From an uncultured Candidatus Melainabacteria bacterium (lineage in GTDB: Bacteria; Cyanobacteriota; Vampirovibrionia; Gastranaerophilales; Gastranaerophilaceae): a stretch of 64,000 bases of DNA. The position numbers were made by a program, and so were the translations under genes. Below the pieces are notes generated by a model that saw nothing but the letters and a program-made list of their open reading frames with translations, did not search any database and was not told where the DNA came from. The DNA is taken from the NCBI GenBank assembly GCA_932182025.1, contig CAKNXK010000010.1, positions 60,245-124,244 of the forward strand, given 5' to 3'. Position 1 is the stretch's first letter. Every line of letters starts with the position of its first letter. This document shows, piece after piece, positions 39,460 to 48,439 of this stretch.

Positions 39460-39486
39460 TAACCTATTTGATAAATTTTTCAACCC

Positions 39487-41856
39487 CTACGAGTTAAAAA
39501 TATCTCCGTCAAAATTCAAACCTTTTGAATTTTGTAATAATGGATAATCTTCAATATTATAATTCTTCACAAAACCAATCGCTTCACTTCTAGCCTGTTC
39601 AAGGATTTTTGAATCATTTACAATATCTGCAATAATCATATCCGGCAAACCGCTCTGGCGTGTGCCTAAAAATTCCCCAGGTCCGCGGATTTGCAAATCT
39701 TTTTCTGCAATAACAAAGCCGTCGTTGGTTTGTGTCATAATATCCAGCCTTGCACGAGTTTCCTGAGATTTCGTAGACGAAGAAAGCAAACAATATGACT
39801 GCAAATCGCTTCTTCCAACACGTCCTCTAAGCTGGTGCAATTGGGAAAGCCCAAATCGTTCCGCGTTTTCTATAACAATAACCGTAGCATTAGGAACATC
39901 AACGCCTACTTCCACAACAGTAGTTGACACAAGAATATCATATTCCTTATTCTTAAATTTCGCCATCACGTCGTCTTTTTCATCATTTTTAAGCTTGCCG
40001 TGAAGTAGTCCGATTTTGTATTCAGGAAAAACTTCTGTCTCCCATTTTTCTTTTTCCTGTGTTGCTGCTTTAGCCGAAAGAGTTTCACTTTCTTCAATAA
40101 GCGGATAAACAATATAAGCCTGTCTTCCTTCCGAAACCTCACGACGAATCAAATCAGCAATCTGTTTGCGTGAATTTGTCATATAAGTAAGAATAGGTTT
40201 TCTGCCGTTTGGAAGTTCATCAATAATAGTCAAATCCAAATCACCATTCATTGTAATAGCTAAAGTTCTTGGAATCGGAGTCGCTGTCATTGTCAAAATC
40301 TGCGGACTCTGCGATTTTTTCCTCAAAGCAAGTCTCTGCTTAACCCCAAATCTATGCTGTTCATCAATTACAACCGCACCTAAATTTGCAAACTCAACGC
40401 TATTTTGAATCAAAGCATGTGTCCCCACCGCAATATCAACCTGACCGTTGCGAAGATTTGTTTCTGCAATCTCACGACGTTTTTTTGTATTACTTCCAAG
40501 AAAAAGCTCCACCCTTATACCCAAAGGATTAAGCCATTTAAACATATTATTATAATGCTGCTGTGCCAAGATTTCTGTCGGCGCCATAATTGCAGCCTGA
40601 TAACCGTTCTCAATTGCTGCTAAAAGCATAATCGTTGCAACAACGGTTTTCCCGCTTCCTACATCACCTTGAAGCAGTCTCTGCATAGGTTTTGTAGAAT
40701 TCAAATCACTTAAAATCTCATTAACAGCTCTTTGCTGCGCACTTGTAAGCTCAAACGGCAATGAGTTAATAAAATTCATTACTAGTCCGTCTTTTTTGAT
40801 TTCAAGCGGGATTGAAGCAAGATTTTTACTATTCTCCTCTCGCAAAAGTGCAAGTTTCAATTGGATTAAAAAGAATTCTTCAAATACAAGTGAAAACCTT
40901 GCAATATCAAGCTTTTCCTTGTTATCAGGAAAATGAATCTGCCGTAATGCTTCGCGCTTTTCCATAATATTATATTTTTTTAGAAGAAACTCCGGCAAAA
41001 CCGTATCAATTTCATCTGCATAAGTTTCTAAAACATTATTAATAGCTTTACGCAAAGTTTTTATACTAAGATTTTCACTCAAGGGGTAAATAGGAACTAT
41101 ACGCGCCAGATTCAAATTTGAAGGTGCCAGAGCTTCATCATCCATTATTGAATAAGTCGGTTTATCCAGAGTTAATCTTCCATCATAGGAATTTAGTTTA
41201 ACTACACCTGAAACCATTATACCCGAGCCTTTTGGAAATTGCGATTTCATTCTTTCCATTACAAATTTGGAAGATTTTGAAGCAAAAAAACTTAAATTAA
41301 TGCTGCCTGAAGTGTCTGCAATTTTTACTTTAATAACACCCAGATTATTTTTAGTCGTAAAAGCCTCAACCGATTTAATAATTCCAAAAATCGTAGTAGT
41401 CATACCCTCTTCCAAATCTTTGATTCGGGTTCTGGTTGAATAATCAATGTGTTTGCGCGGGAAATAATACAGCAAATCACTTGCAGTATAAATTCCAAGC
41501 TTATTCAACATATAAGCAATCTTAGGTCCAACGCCCTTTATATACATAACATCTAAACCTGACAACGGTTTTTTCTCTGTCGGCTGTTCAGGTTCAGGCG
41601 GCGCAATATACTGTGCTTTTATTACAGAAACAAGTCTTTCCAAAGATTTTTTGCGTGAAGGAACTGTCTCCATGTGATATCTTTCAAAATGCTCAAGCAG
41701 AACTTTCCATTTTGGGTTATCTGGATAAAGCTTGATTTCTTTTCTTAAAACAGAACATATAAACGAAGAAAAATTGCGGCTTTTCCCGTTGATATTAATA
41801 TATTTATGTTTTACCTCTATCTCAACAGCTTTTTTAACCTGTTCCAAGTTGTCCAT
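39487..41856 (-). CDS. recG: ATP-dependent DNA helicase RecG
   Basis: Wedge/OB region, then helicase motifs GDVGSGKTVVA, DEQHRFGV, TATPIPRTL and QLHQLRGRVGR. N-terminal ~100-aa extension. Confidence 0.9.
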   Translation of the reverse strand: MDNLEQVKKAVEIEVKHKYININGKSRNFSSFICSVLRKEIKLYPDNPKWKVLLEHFERYHMETVPSRKKSLERLVSVIKAQYIAPPEPEQPTEKKPLSGLDVMYIKGVGPKIAYMLNKLGIYTASDLLYYFPRKHIDYSTRTRIKDLEEGMTTTIFGIIKSVEAFTTKNNLGVIKVKIADTSGSINLSFFASKSSKFVMERMKSQFPKGSGIMVSGVVKLNSYDGRLTLDKPTYSIMDDEALAPSNLNLARIVPIYPLSENLSIKTLRKAINNVLETYADEIDTVLPEFLLKKYNIMEKREALRQIHFPDNKEKLDIARFSLVFEEFFLIQLKLALLREENSKNLASIPLEIKKDGLVMNFINSLPFELTSAQQRAVNEILSDLNSTKPMQRLLQGDVGSGKTVVATIMLLAAIENGYQAAIMAPTEILAQQHYNNMFKWLNPLGIRVELFLGSNTKKRREIAETNLRNGQVDIAVGTHALIQNSVEFANLGAVVIDEQHRFGVKQRLALRKKSQSPQILTMTATPIPRTLAITMNGDLDLTIIDELPNGRKPILTYMTNSRKQIADLIRREVSEGRQAYIVYPLIEESETLSAKAATQEKEKWETEVFPEYKIGLLHGKLKNDEKDDVMAKFKNKEYDILVSTTVVEVGVDVPNATVIVIENAERFGLSQLHQLRGRVGRSDLQSYCLLSSSTKSQETRARLDIMTQTNDGFVIAEKDLQIRGPGEFLGTRQSGLPDMIIADIVNDSKILEQARSEAIGFVKNYNIEDYPLLQNSKGLNFDGDIFNS

Positions 41857-41976
41857 AAATACATTATATCACGGTGTACTTTTCTTTCCTTGAAGAAAGC
41901 ATTCTCAGTTGCTGCAAATTAATTTTTACTGATTATAATATAAGATATAATCTTAATTTTAACTAAGGAAGTGTAT

Positions 41977-42459
41977 ATGAAAATTAGAAGTCTTTTTATG
42001 GCAGGTGTTTTAACAATGGGAGTTAATTCCTGTAAAAAAGCCCCATACCAAGAAATGTCTGAAAAATACATACCGCAGATTGTAACAGAAAGAGTCGACT
42101 CAATTGCTCTTGAAAGTAAGAAAATTTTGAAAGATTCCAGTTACATAAAATATGCCAACGATACTATTGAATTAACAAAAGATTTTTTTAACAAACCTGC
42201 AAAATTCGTAAAACGTTTAAATAATTCTGCTGAATCTAACATTCCTCAAACAAGCACCGGTTCCTATACAACAATGATACCCGTTGTCTCAGGAAAAACT
42301 ACAATAATGGTTCCACAAGTTCATAATATTTATGAAGACAATTTTCTAAACACTAAAACAGTTATAAATTCAACAAAAATTTTCACAAGAGATAACTCTA
42401 ATATGTTTGTACCTGTTGAATATTACGGAATCCCAAATCCAAAACTTAAATCAATCTAA
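41977..42459 (+). CDS. Putative lipoprotein
   Basis: MKIRSLFMAGVLTMGVNSC lipobox-like signal. No other recognisable domain. Confidence 0.5.
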   Translation: MKIRSLFMAGVLTMGVNSCKKAPYQEMSEKYIPQIVTERVDSIALESKKILKDSSYIKYANDTIELTKDFFNKPAKFVKRLNNSAESNIPQTSTGSYTTMIPVVSGKTTIMVPQVHNIYEDNFLNTKTVINSTKIFTRDNSNMFVPVEYYGIPNPKLKSI

Positions 42460-42518
42460 AAACAAATTACCGCCATCAAGGCAATTTATTTTTTATTAAC
42501 GCGATTTATCATAAAGAT

Positions 42519-44072
42519 ATGACAAATGATTTCCAATATGACAGTTGTATCTCAAAAGGGATTTGTTCAATCAATCCCAGAACATACGCATTACAAGCAG
42601 TCTTAGTAATGTATCTGAGATTCATTACTAAATATGCACTTAATCTTTATCAACAAGAGATTATTGATAAAAAAGTTGAGTCTCTTATTCTTAATACAAT
42701 TACAATTGCTGTTTCAAATCCTGAATTTACCGAAAACAGTTTTACAGCAGCTGTTACAAGGTTTAAAGAAGAACTTCCTGCAATAATTGAAAAATATAAC
42801 GATATTTGCGGAGAAGAAGACTTTGCAAAAGATAAAATTGGTAATCTTGAATTATTTAAAGAAACAAAAGATGTGATTTCTGCTATTAGATATGGAGAAA
42901 GCGAAATCAAAAAAAATGTCGAAACAATGAATCCTGAAATCAGAGATTTACAAAAAATTATGCTTATTATTGCAAAAAGCATAAGTATAAATCTTATGGA
43001 TTTAGAAAGTTTTGATAAAAATTACGACAAAGGATATTTAACTATTCTTAAGCTTTTAAATAAAATAGGCGAGGCCACTGCTATAGAAAGTTTAAAAACT
43101 GAAATAAAATCCTCTGCAGTAGTTAATAATGAAATAATGCATCTTGTTCGTTTAGCACAAGAAGAACGTTATGGGAAAATGCAGGAAGCAGAAGTTTCAT
43201 TCTCAACAGTACCATCAAAGGCTGTATTGGTTGTAGGTTCTAATATTAGAGAACTTGAAACCATTCTTGAAGCTTTAAAAGAAACTGATATTGATGTTTA
43301 TACTCACGATGACATGATGATTGCACATAATTTTCCAGTGTTCAACGAATATAAAAACCTTAAAGGACAATACGGACAAGGGGTTGAAAATTGTCTTCTT
43401 GATTTTGCAACCTTCCCTGGAGCAATTATCCTAACAAAACATTCGCTCCATAATATCGAAAATCTTTATCGCGGATTATTATTTACTACAGACTATACTT
43501 GCCCAAAAGGCGTTATACAAATTGAAAACAATGATTTTTCAAAAGTAATCGAAGCCAGTGAAAACGCAAAAGGGTTTAAAACAGGAAAGCAATGTGAAAG
43601 CGTTAAAATCGGCTGTGATTACGAAAAAATACATAATAAAATCAAAGAACAAATTGAAAGCAAAAATTATAAACGCATAATTTTAATTGGTCTTGAAAGA
43701 TATTCACTTGAGCAAAAAACTTATTTTGAAAAATTAATTAAACTTGCACCAAATGATACACTAATAATCTCATTTTCTTATAATATAGAAAAAGAAAATG
43801 TCATAACAATTAATGCTTGTTTTGATTCTTATTGCATGGTTAAATTCTACGATGATATTAAAAATTACGATTTACCAATCAGTGCATTTTTCCCTAAATG
43901 CGACCGTAATTCAATCTCTCAAATGATTTATTTTGCTCAACAGGAAAAAACACATGTATTTGTAGGCAAATGTACGCCAATATTACTAAATCCATCTCTT
44001 ATGACTGTTTTGCAAGAAAAATTTAGTATTGATGGAATAACTAATGCAAGAAAAGATTTAGAAAAAATCTAA
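42519..44072 (+). CDS. Divergent hybrid-cluster-protein (prismane/HCP) family homologue
   Basis: VLVVGSNIRELETILEALKETDIDVYTHDDMMIAHNFPVFNEYKNLKGQYGQGVENCLLDFATFPGAIILTKHS parallels, from memory, the HCP segment ...VYTHGEMLPAHGYPEL..GNYGSGWQNQ..EFA.FPG.IVMTSNC. The N-terminus has only 2 Cys. Confidence 0.6.
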   Translation: MTNDFQYDSCISKGICSINPRTYALQAVLVMYLRFITKYALNLYQQEIIDKKVESLILNTITIAVSNPEFTENSFTAAVTRFKEELPAIIEKYNDICGEEDFAKDKIGNLELFKETKDVISAIRYGESEIKKNVETMNPEIRDLQKIMLIIAKSISINLMDLESFDKNYDKGYLTILKLLNKIGEATAIESLKTEIKSSAVVNNEIMHLVRLAQEERYGKMQEAEVSFSTVPSKAVLVVGSNIRELETILEALKETDIDVYTHDDMMIAHNFPVFNEYKNLKGQYGQGVENCLLDFATFPGAIILTKHSLHNIENLYRGLLFTTDYTCPKGVIQIENNDFSKVIEASENAKGFKTGKQCESVKIGCDYEKIHNKIKEQIESKNYKRIILIGLERYSLEQKTYFEKLIKLAPNDTLIISFSYNIEKENVITINACFDSYCMVKFYDDIKNYDLPISAFFPKCDRNSISQMIYFAQQEKTHVFVGKCTPILLNPSLMTVLQEKFSIDGITNARKDLEKI

Positions 44073-44523
44073 TAACTCCAAAGAACTTAAAAATTTTTCT
44101 GATAAAAAACTTATCCATTATCATTTGGTTTGAGATATTTTCACAGTATGTTTGAAAGTTACCGCAGGTTGAAACCGAACCAAACATTTTGATTTTTTAC
44201 TTGAATATCAATAAGCATTTTCTATTCAATAGTAAATTAATAAATAACTTACCTACGTCATTATTAATTTTATCGTATGTCATGAGCGAATGCAAGACTG
44301 TGCGATTGACAGACTTTTAAAATCGGTTTCTAATGCAATGATACATTGACAAATTTAGATTTTCCCAATCGTCGAAACGAAATGTTTTCAGTGAAAAAGT
44401 TTACCATACCCTTTAATAGTCAAAGTATGTTTTATAAAACTTCTATTTACATTATTTACAAACCAAGCAAATTGTATAAAGAAAAATACTTTATATAAAT
44501 ATAGGAAAATTAAGGGGATTTAT

Positions 44524-45828
44524 ATGGGAAAAATTGATTTAGGATTAAGTCTTGCAAAAGATGTTACTACTTTTTTAAAAACAGGAAGTAGTCGTTCTTT
44601 ACTGAGTAAGCCGACATCAATTTTTCATGGAATAAATCCGACATTAACTTACCCACCAACAGGTAAAACTTTTGCATTACCTCGATTTTGTACTGCCGAA
44701 ATGAAGCAGGCAAGGGAGATGAACAAAATAGCTTCAAGACAAATTAAATCTCCTATAACCTCCAACTTCTCAAAAGCTACAGCAGAAGATTTAAGACGAC
44801 TAACATCTACATCTATTGAAGACAGTTATTCAAGAGTTCAATGGACAAATCCAAAAGACGGCAAGATCTATAACTTGCTAAAACAAGGGGAAACAGAAGA
44901 TGGGAAAATCCTCGTTCGAATTCTCGATCAAGATGGTGCATTTGTAAAAGAAACAACAATAATGCCTAAAGAGATTGCAATTCTTGATAATAACTATGGA
45001 AGTGCATTTGAATTACCCGAGTTTTTAGATATGACGGGTCTTAAAAAAGAAAATCTTCCTACAGAATTGGGTGAATTATCCCATGCAAAAGCGGTTGAAA
45101 TATTCGCTAAAAGAAGTAATCCATTTGCAAGATATACAATATTTGAAACGGGATGTTATAGCGGTTCTTCTCGCATAGATAACGACAAAGTTATTAGCCA
45201 TCTAAAAAATTTACAACAAGGTAAAAAGTATGATTATATTAATTGTTCAATGGGTTCGGAAACTTTTGATATAACAGAAACTTGTGAGCCCATATACAAG
45301 AAAGTATGCGAAGAAGTTGATAAATTAACTTCATTGCGTGGAAGCAGGGTTTTATTTGCAAGTGGTAATAGTGACGGCGGAATATTTCGTAGGAAAGCTG
45401 TTAATAGATTTCTTCTTAATTCAAATACAGCAGAAGGAGTTGGTTCGTTAGATAAACGAGGAGTTATTTCAGATTTTTCTTCTTCCAAAAATTCGAAATT
45501 TTGTCAACATTATGAACAAGGTGAGTTTTTAATAACTCAAACTTCTAATGGTATTAATATTACCGGACAATCTGGAACGGATATCGTTTTTAGTGAAAAA
45601 AATCCTTTTGTTGGTATGAAGCTGGGCGATATTCTTGAGGCTTGTAATGAAAAACCGGAATTATGGAAGTATATGCAAAAATTGGGATTCGAAAATGGAG
45701 GCGAGTGTATGGATGATATAGCATATTCCGTATTCCCAAAAGGGATGCGACTTGATGGAACATCTTATGCAACTCCAATCCGTACAGCAAAACTTGCACT
45801 AAATGACATGATGGATGGAATATTATAA
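44524..45828 (+). CDS. Subtilisin-like (peptidase S8) family protein, no signal peptide
   Basis: C-terminal GTSYATP serine motif, ASGNSDGG oxyanion-Asn region, IAILDNNYG (Asp candidate) and LSHAKAV (His candidate). Flanked by long AT-rich non-coding DNA. Confidence 0.55.
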   Translation: MGKIDLGLSLAKDVTTFLKTGSSRSLLSKPTSIFHGINPTLTYPPTGKTFALPRFCTAEMKQAREMNKIASRQIKSPITSNFSKATAEDLRRLTSTSIEDSYSRVQWTNPKDGKIYNLLKQGETEDGKILVRILDQDGAFVKETTIMPKEIAILDNNYGSAFELPEFLDMTGLKKENLPTELGELSHAKAVEIFAKRSNPFARYTIFETGCYSGSSRIDNDKVISHLKNLQQGKKYDYINCSMGSETFDITETCEPIYKKVCEEVDKLTSLRGSRVLFASGNSDGGIFRRKAVNRFLLNSNTAEGVGSLDKRGVISDFSSSKNSKFCQHYEQGEFLITQTSNGINITGQSGTDIVFSEKNPFVGMKLGDILEACNEKPELWKYMQKLGFENGGECMDDIAYSVFPKGMRLDGTSYATPIRTAKLALNDMMDGIL

Positions 45829-46163
45829 TTATAAGTTGGTAAAAATTTTTCTTCCGACTTTTCTTCCAACTTCATAAATTTTTCTTCCGAGTTCAAAAAA
45901 ATAAAAAAATTTAAAAGTGTAATAATCAAACTGTGTGTGATAATCAAACTAATGTGAAATGCAGTAATATCAACTTTCTTCAAAATAGAAAGTGTCGGAA
46001 GTTAAAGCGAACTTCAAAATGGTATGATTTTCCGTATCTAAACATATTAAAAAGCCAAAAGTGTTGATTTTATTGACTTTCGACTTTTGTAATCAAACTA
46101 AATATTATAATCGAACTACTTGTGAAAACATAAATAAGGCTGAAACCCCCATAAAAAGAAAAA

Positions 46164-46205
46164 CTCCCCAGGTTGGACTCGAACCAACAACCTACCGGTT
46201 AACAG
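46164..46205 (-). pseudogene. 3' fragment of tRNA-Asn(GTT): att-site remnant, not a complete tRNA
   Basis: The minus strand reads CTGTTAA (anticodon loop, GTT) CCGGT AGGTT GTTGG TTCGAGT CCAAC CTGGGGA G. The 5' acceptor strand, D-arm and proper 5' anticodon stem are absent upstream. Confidence 0.75.
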
Positions 46206-46377
46206 ACAGTAGGCAGCATAAAATTTACAAAAAACTTCAAAAGAATTGAACAATAAAATGCTTAATATTATTGACTCATAGCGAAATGCATGATATTATA
46301 AGTTTATAAATTTATTGCAAATTTTTAGATTTTACTGTAGCAAAAATGTAGCAAAATTTTACTAAGGAACAAAACAA

Positions 46378-47514
46378 ATGGCTGTTATCCAAGAACGAAC
46401 TAAGAAAAATGGCAAAACAAGTTACACTGTTATTATAAGAATCAAAGGACATCCAACATTAACAAAAACCTTTGATAGAATTACAGACGCCAAAGAATGG
46501 GCTAATAGCGCTGAAAGCAAAATTAAAGAAGGAATAAATTTTCCTAAACGTAAGCTTCAAAAACTTACAATGAATGATTTGATAGATAAATTCATAGAGC
46601 TAGAACTACCTAAGAAAAAAGAAAAAGCACAAGGTGAATTTAAACGCGCTCTAGATTGGTTCAGGGAAGAGATTGGTAAATTATATGTTAGGAATATTAC
46701 ATCTGCTACATTGATTGAATGCAGAGAAAAATTGGCAAAGAAACCTAAAGAAATTCCTACAACGAATAATGAAAGAAAATTTACTGAAAAAACTATCTCT
46801 CCCGCTACTGTTAATCGATACTTGGAATGCATAAGTGTTGTATTCAGCTTTGCCAAAATTGATCTTGATATTATTGATATTAATCCAATGGAAAAAGTTA
46901 AAAAACTTACAGAAAATAATGCCAGAGAACGCTGTTTAGAATTGGATGAAATCAAGAAGTTGCTTACAGAATGTGAAAATACAAATCACGAATTGTATCT
47001 ATGTACTTTAATTGCATTACTTGCCGGAGCAAGAAAAAGCGAGATTCTTAAATTAACCTGGGCAACAGTAGATTTTGAGCACAGAATGTTCTATTTTATG
47101 CAAACAAAAAATGGAACCAACCGTGGTACACCAATGCATGAATGGTTATATAAGGAACTATTAGAATTCAAAAATCAAAGCAAAATAAGACGTTTAAAAA
47201 ACGATTATGTCTTTATGAACGATAAAGGCAAGCCAAAAGAACATTTGATTGGTAAAATATTTCCAAAAGTTGTAGATAAATGTAGAATAGAAGACTTTGT
47301 ATTCCACGATTTAAGACACACACATGCTAGCTATCAAGCTATGGGTGGAATTTCTCAGGCGATAACTCAAAAGACATTAGGACATAAGAGTCCAGCTATG
47401 ACTAACCGTTATTCGCATTTGAGAGCTGAAAATCTAAGAGAACCTATAGAAGCAACTGGTGATACAATTTTACAGGAATTTTTAAGAAAGGAAATTAATG
47501 AAAGAAGAAATTAA
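46378..47514 (+). CDS. int: Tyrosine recombinase / phage-type integrase
   Basis: N-terminal SAM-like domain. The catalytic region has ARKSEIL (Arg), HDLRHTHAS, LGHKSPAMTNRYSHL (His/Arg/Tyr). Confidence 0.9.
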   Translation: MAVIQERTKKNGKTSYTVIIRIKGHPTLTKTFDRITDAKEWANSAESKIKEGINFPKRKLQKLTMNDLIDKFIELELPKKKEKAQGEFKRALDWFREEIGKLYVRNITSATLIECREKLAKKPKEIPTTNNERKFTEKTISPATVNRYLECISVVFSFAKIDLDIIDINPMEKVKKLTENNARERCLELDEIKKLLTECENTNHELYLCTLIALLAGARKSEILKLTWATVDFEHRMFYFMQTKNGTNRGTPMHEWLYKELLEFKNQSKIRRLKNDYVFMNDKGKPKEHLIGKIFPKVVDKCRIEDFVFHDLRHTHASYQAMGGISQAITQKTLGHKSPAMTNRYSHLRAENLREPIEATGDTILQEFLRKEINERRN

Positions 47515-48343
47515 AATTTTTGAACAGAGTAATATCCGTTCATCATATGATGAAAAACAAGAAAAATGGTTTTTCTCGATTATAGATATTATTGCAGTAC
47601 TAACTGAAAGTAAAAACCCTAAAAGATATTGGAGCGATTTAAAGTCAAAACTCTCTAGTGAAGAAGGCTTTAGTCAAGTGTACGATAAAATCGTACGGTT
47701 GAAAATAGTTGCTCCTGATGGCAAAAAAAGAGAAACCGATTGCACCGATGTTGAAACAATCTTGCGTATTATTCAATCAGTACCCAGTCCTAAAGCAGAA
47801 CCTGTAAAACAATGGCTCGCAAAAGTTGGTTATGAACGGATGAAAGAAATGGCAGATCCGTCAACTGCAATTGATAGAGCTCGAGAAACTTATAAACAAC
47901 TGGGGCGTTCTGACAAATGGATTCAACAACGCATGACAGGACAAGAAACCAGAAATAAATTGACAGACTATTGGAAAGACCATGAAATAACAGAAAATGA
48001 AGAATTTGCAATTCTTACAAATATCATTCATAAAGAATGGAGTGGATTAAGTGTAAAAGAACATAAAAACCTCAAAGGATTAAAGTCTCAAAACTTGCGC
48101 GACCATATGGGTGAAGCAGAACTTCTTTTTACTGCTCTAGCAGAGCTTTCTACAAGACAAGTTGCAGAAAACAATGAAGCAATAGGCATTGAAGAAAATA
48201 AAAATTGTGCTAAAATAGGTGGTAATATTGCAAAACGCGCTAAAGAAGATTTTGAAGAGCGCACAGGTCAAAAAGTTGTTTCTGATGAGAATTATTTACC
48301 CAAGCAAAAGAAACCTAAGCAAATTGAGGATAAAAACAACTAG
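47498..48343 (+). CDS. Bro-N domain / DinD (DNA-damage-inducible protein D)-like protein
   Basis: N-terminal FEQSNIRSSYDEKQEKWFFSIIDIIAVL (Bro-N-like). KGLKSQNLRDHMGEAELLFTALAELSTRQ resembles the E. coli DinD segment as I recall it. Overlaps int by 17 nt. Confidence 0.6.
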   Translation: MKEEIKIFEQSNIRSSYDEKQEKWFFSIIDIIAVLTESKNPKRYWSDLKSKLSSEEGFSQVYDKIVRLKIVAPDGKKRETDCTDVETILRIIQSVPSPKAEPVKQWLAKVGYERMKEMADPSTAIDRARETYKQLGRSDKWIQQRMTGQETRNKLTDYWKDHEITENEEFAILTNIIHKEWSGLSVKEHKNLKGLKSQNLRDHMGEAELLFTALAELSTRQVAENNEAIGIEENKNCAKIGGNIAKRAKEDFEERTGQKVVSDENYLPKQKKPKQIEDKNN

Positions 48344-48439
48344 CCCCCCTACTTATTTTAGTTAGCAATTCTCCCAAAGTACTCTTTGGAACTTAAAAGA
48401 ATAACAAAAGCTAATTTAAAAAGGGTAGAATAATCTACC

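Noticed and set aside
46164-46260. A complete tRNA gene at the island border.
   Set aside because: Only the segment from the anticodon loop to the discriminator is tRNA-like. The upstream ~35 nt lack the complementary 5' acceptor strand (TCCCCAG) and a D-arm, and they give a mismatched anticodon stem.
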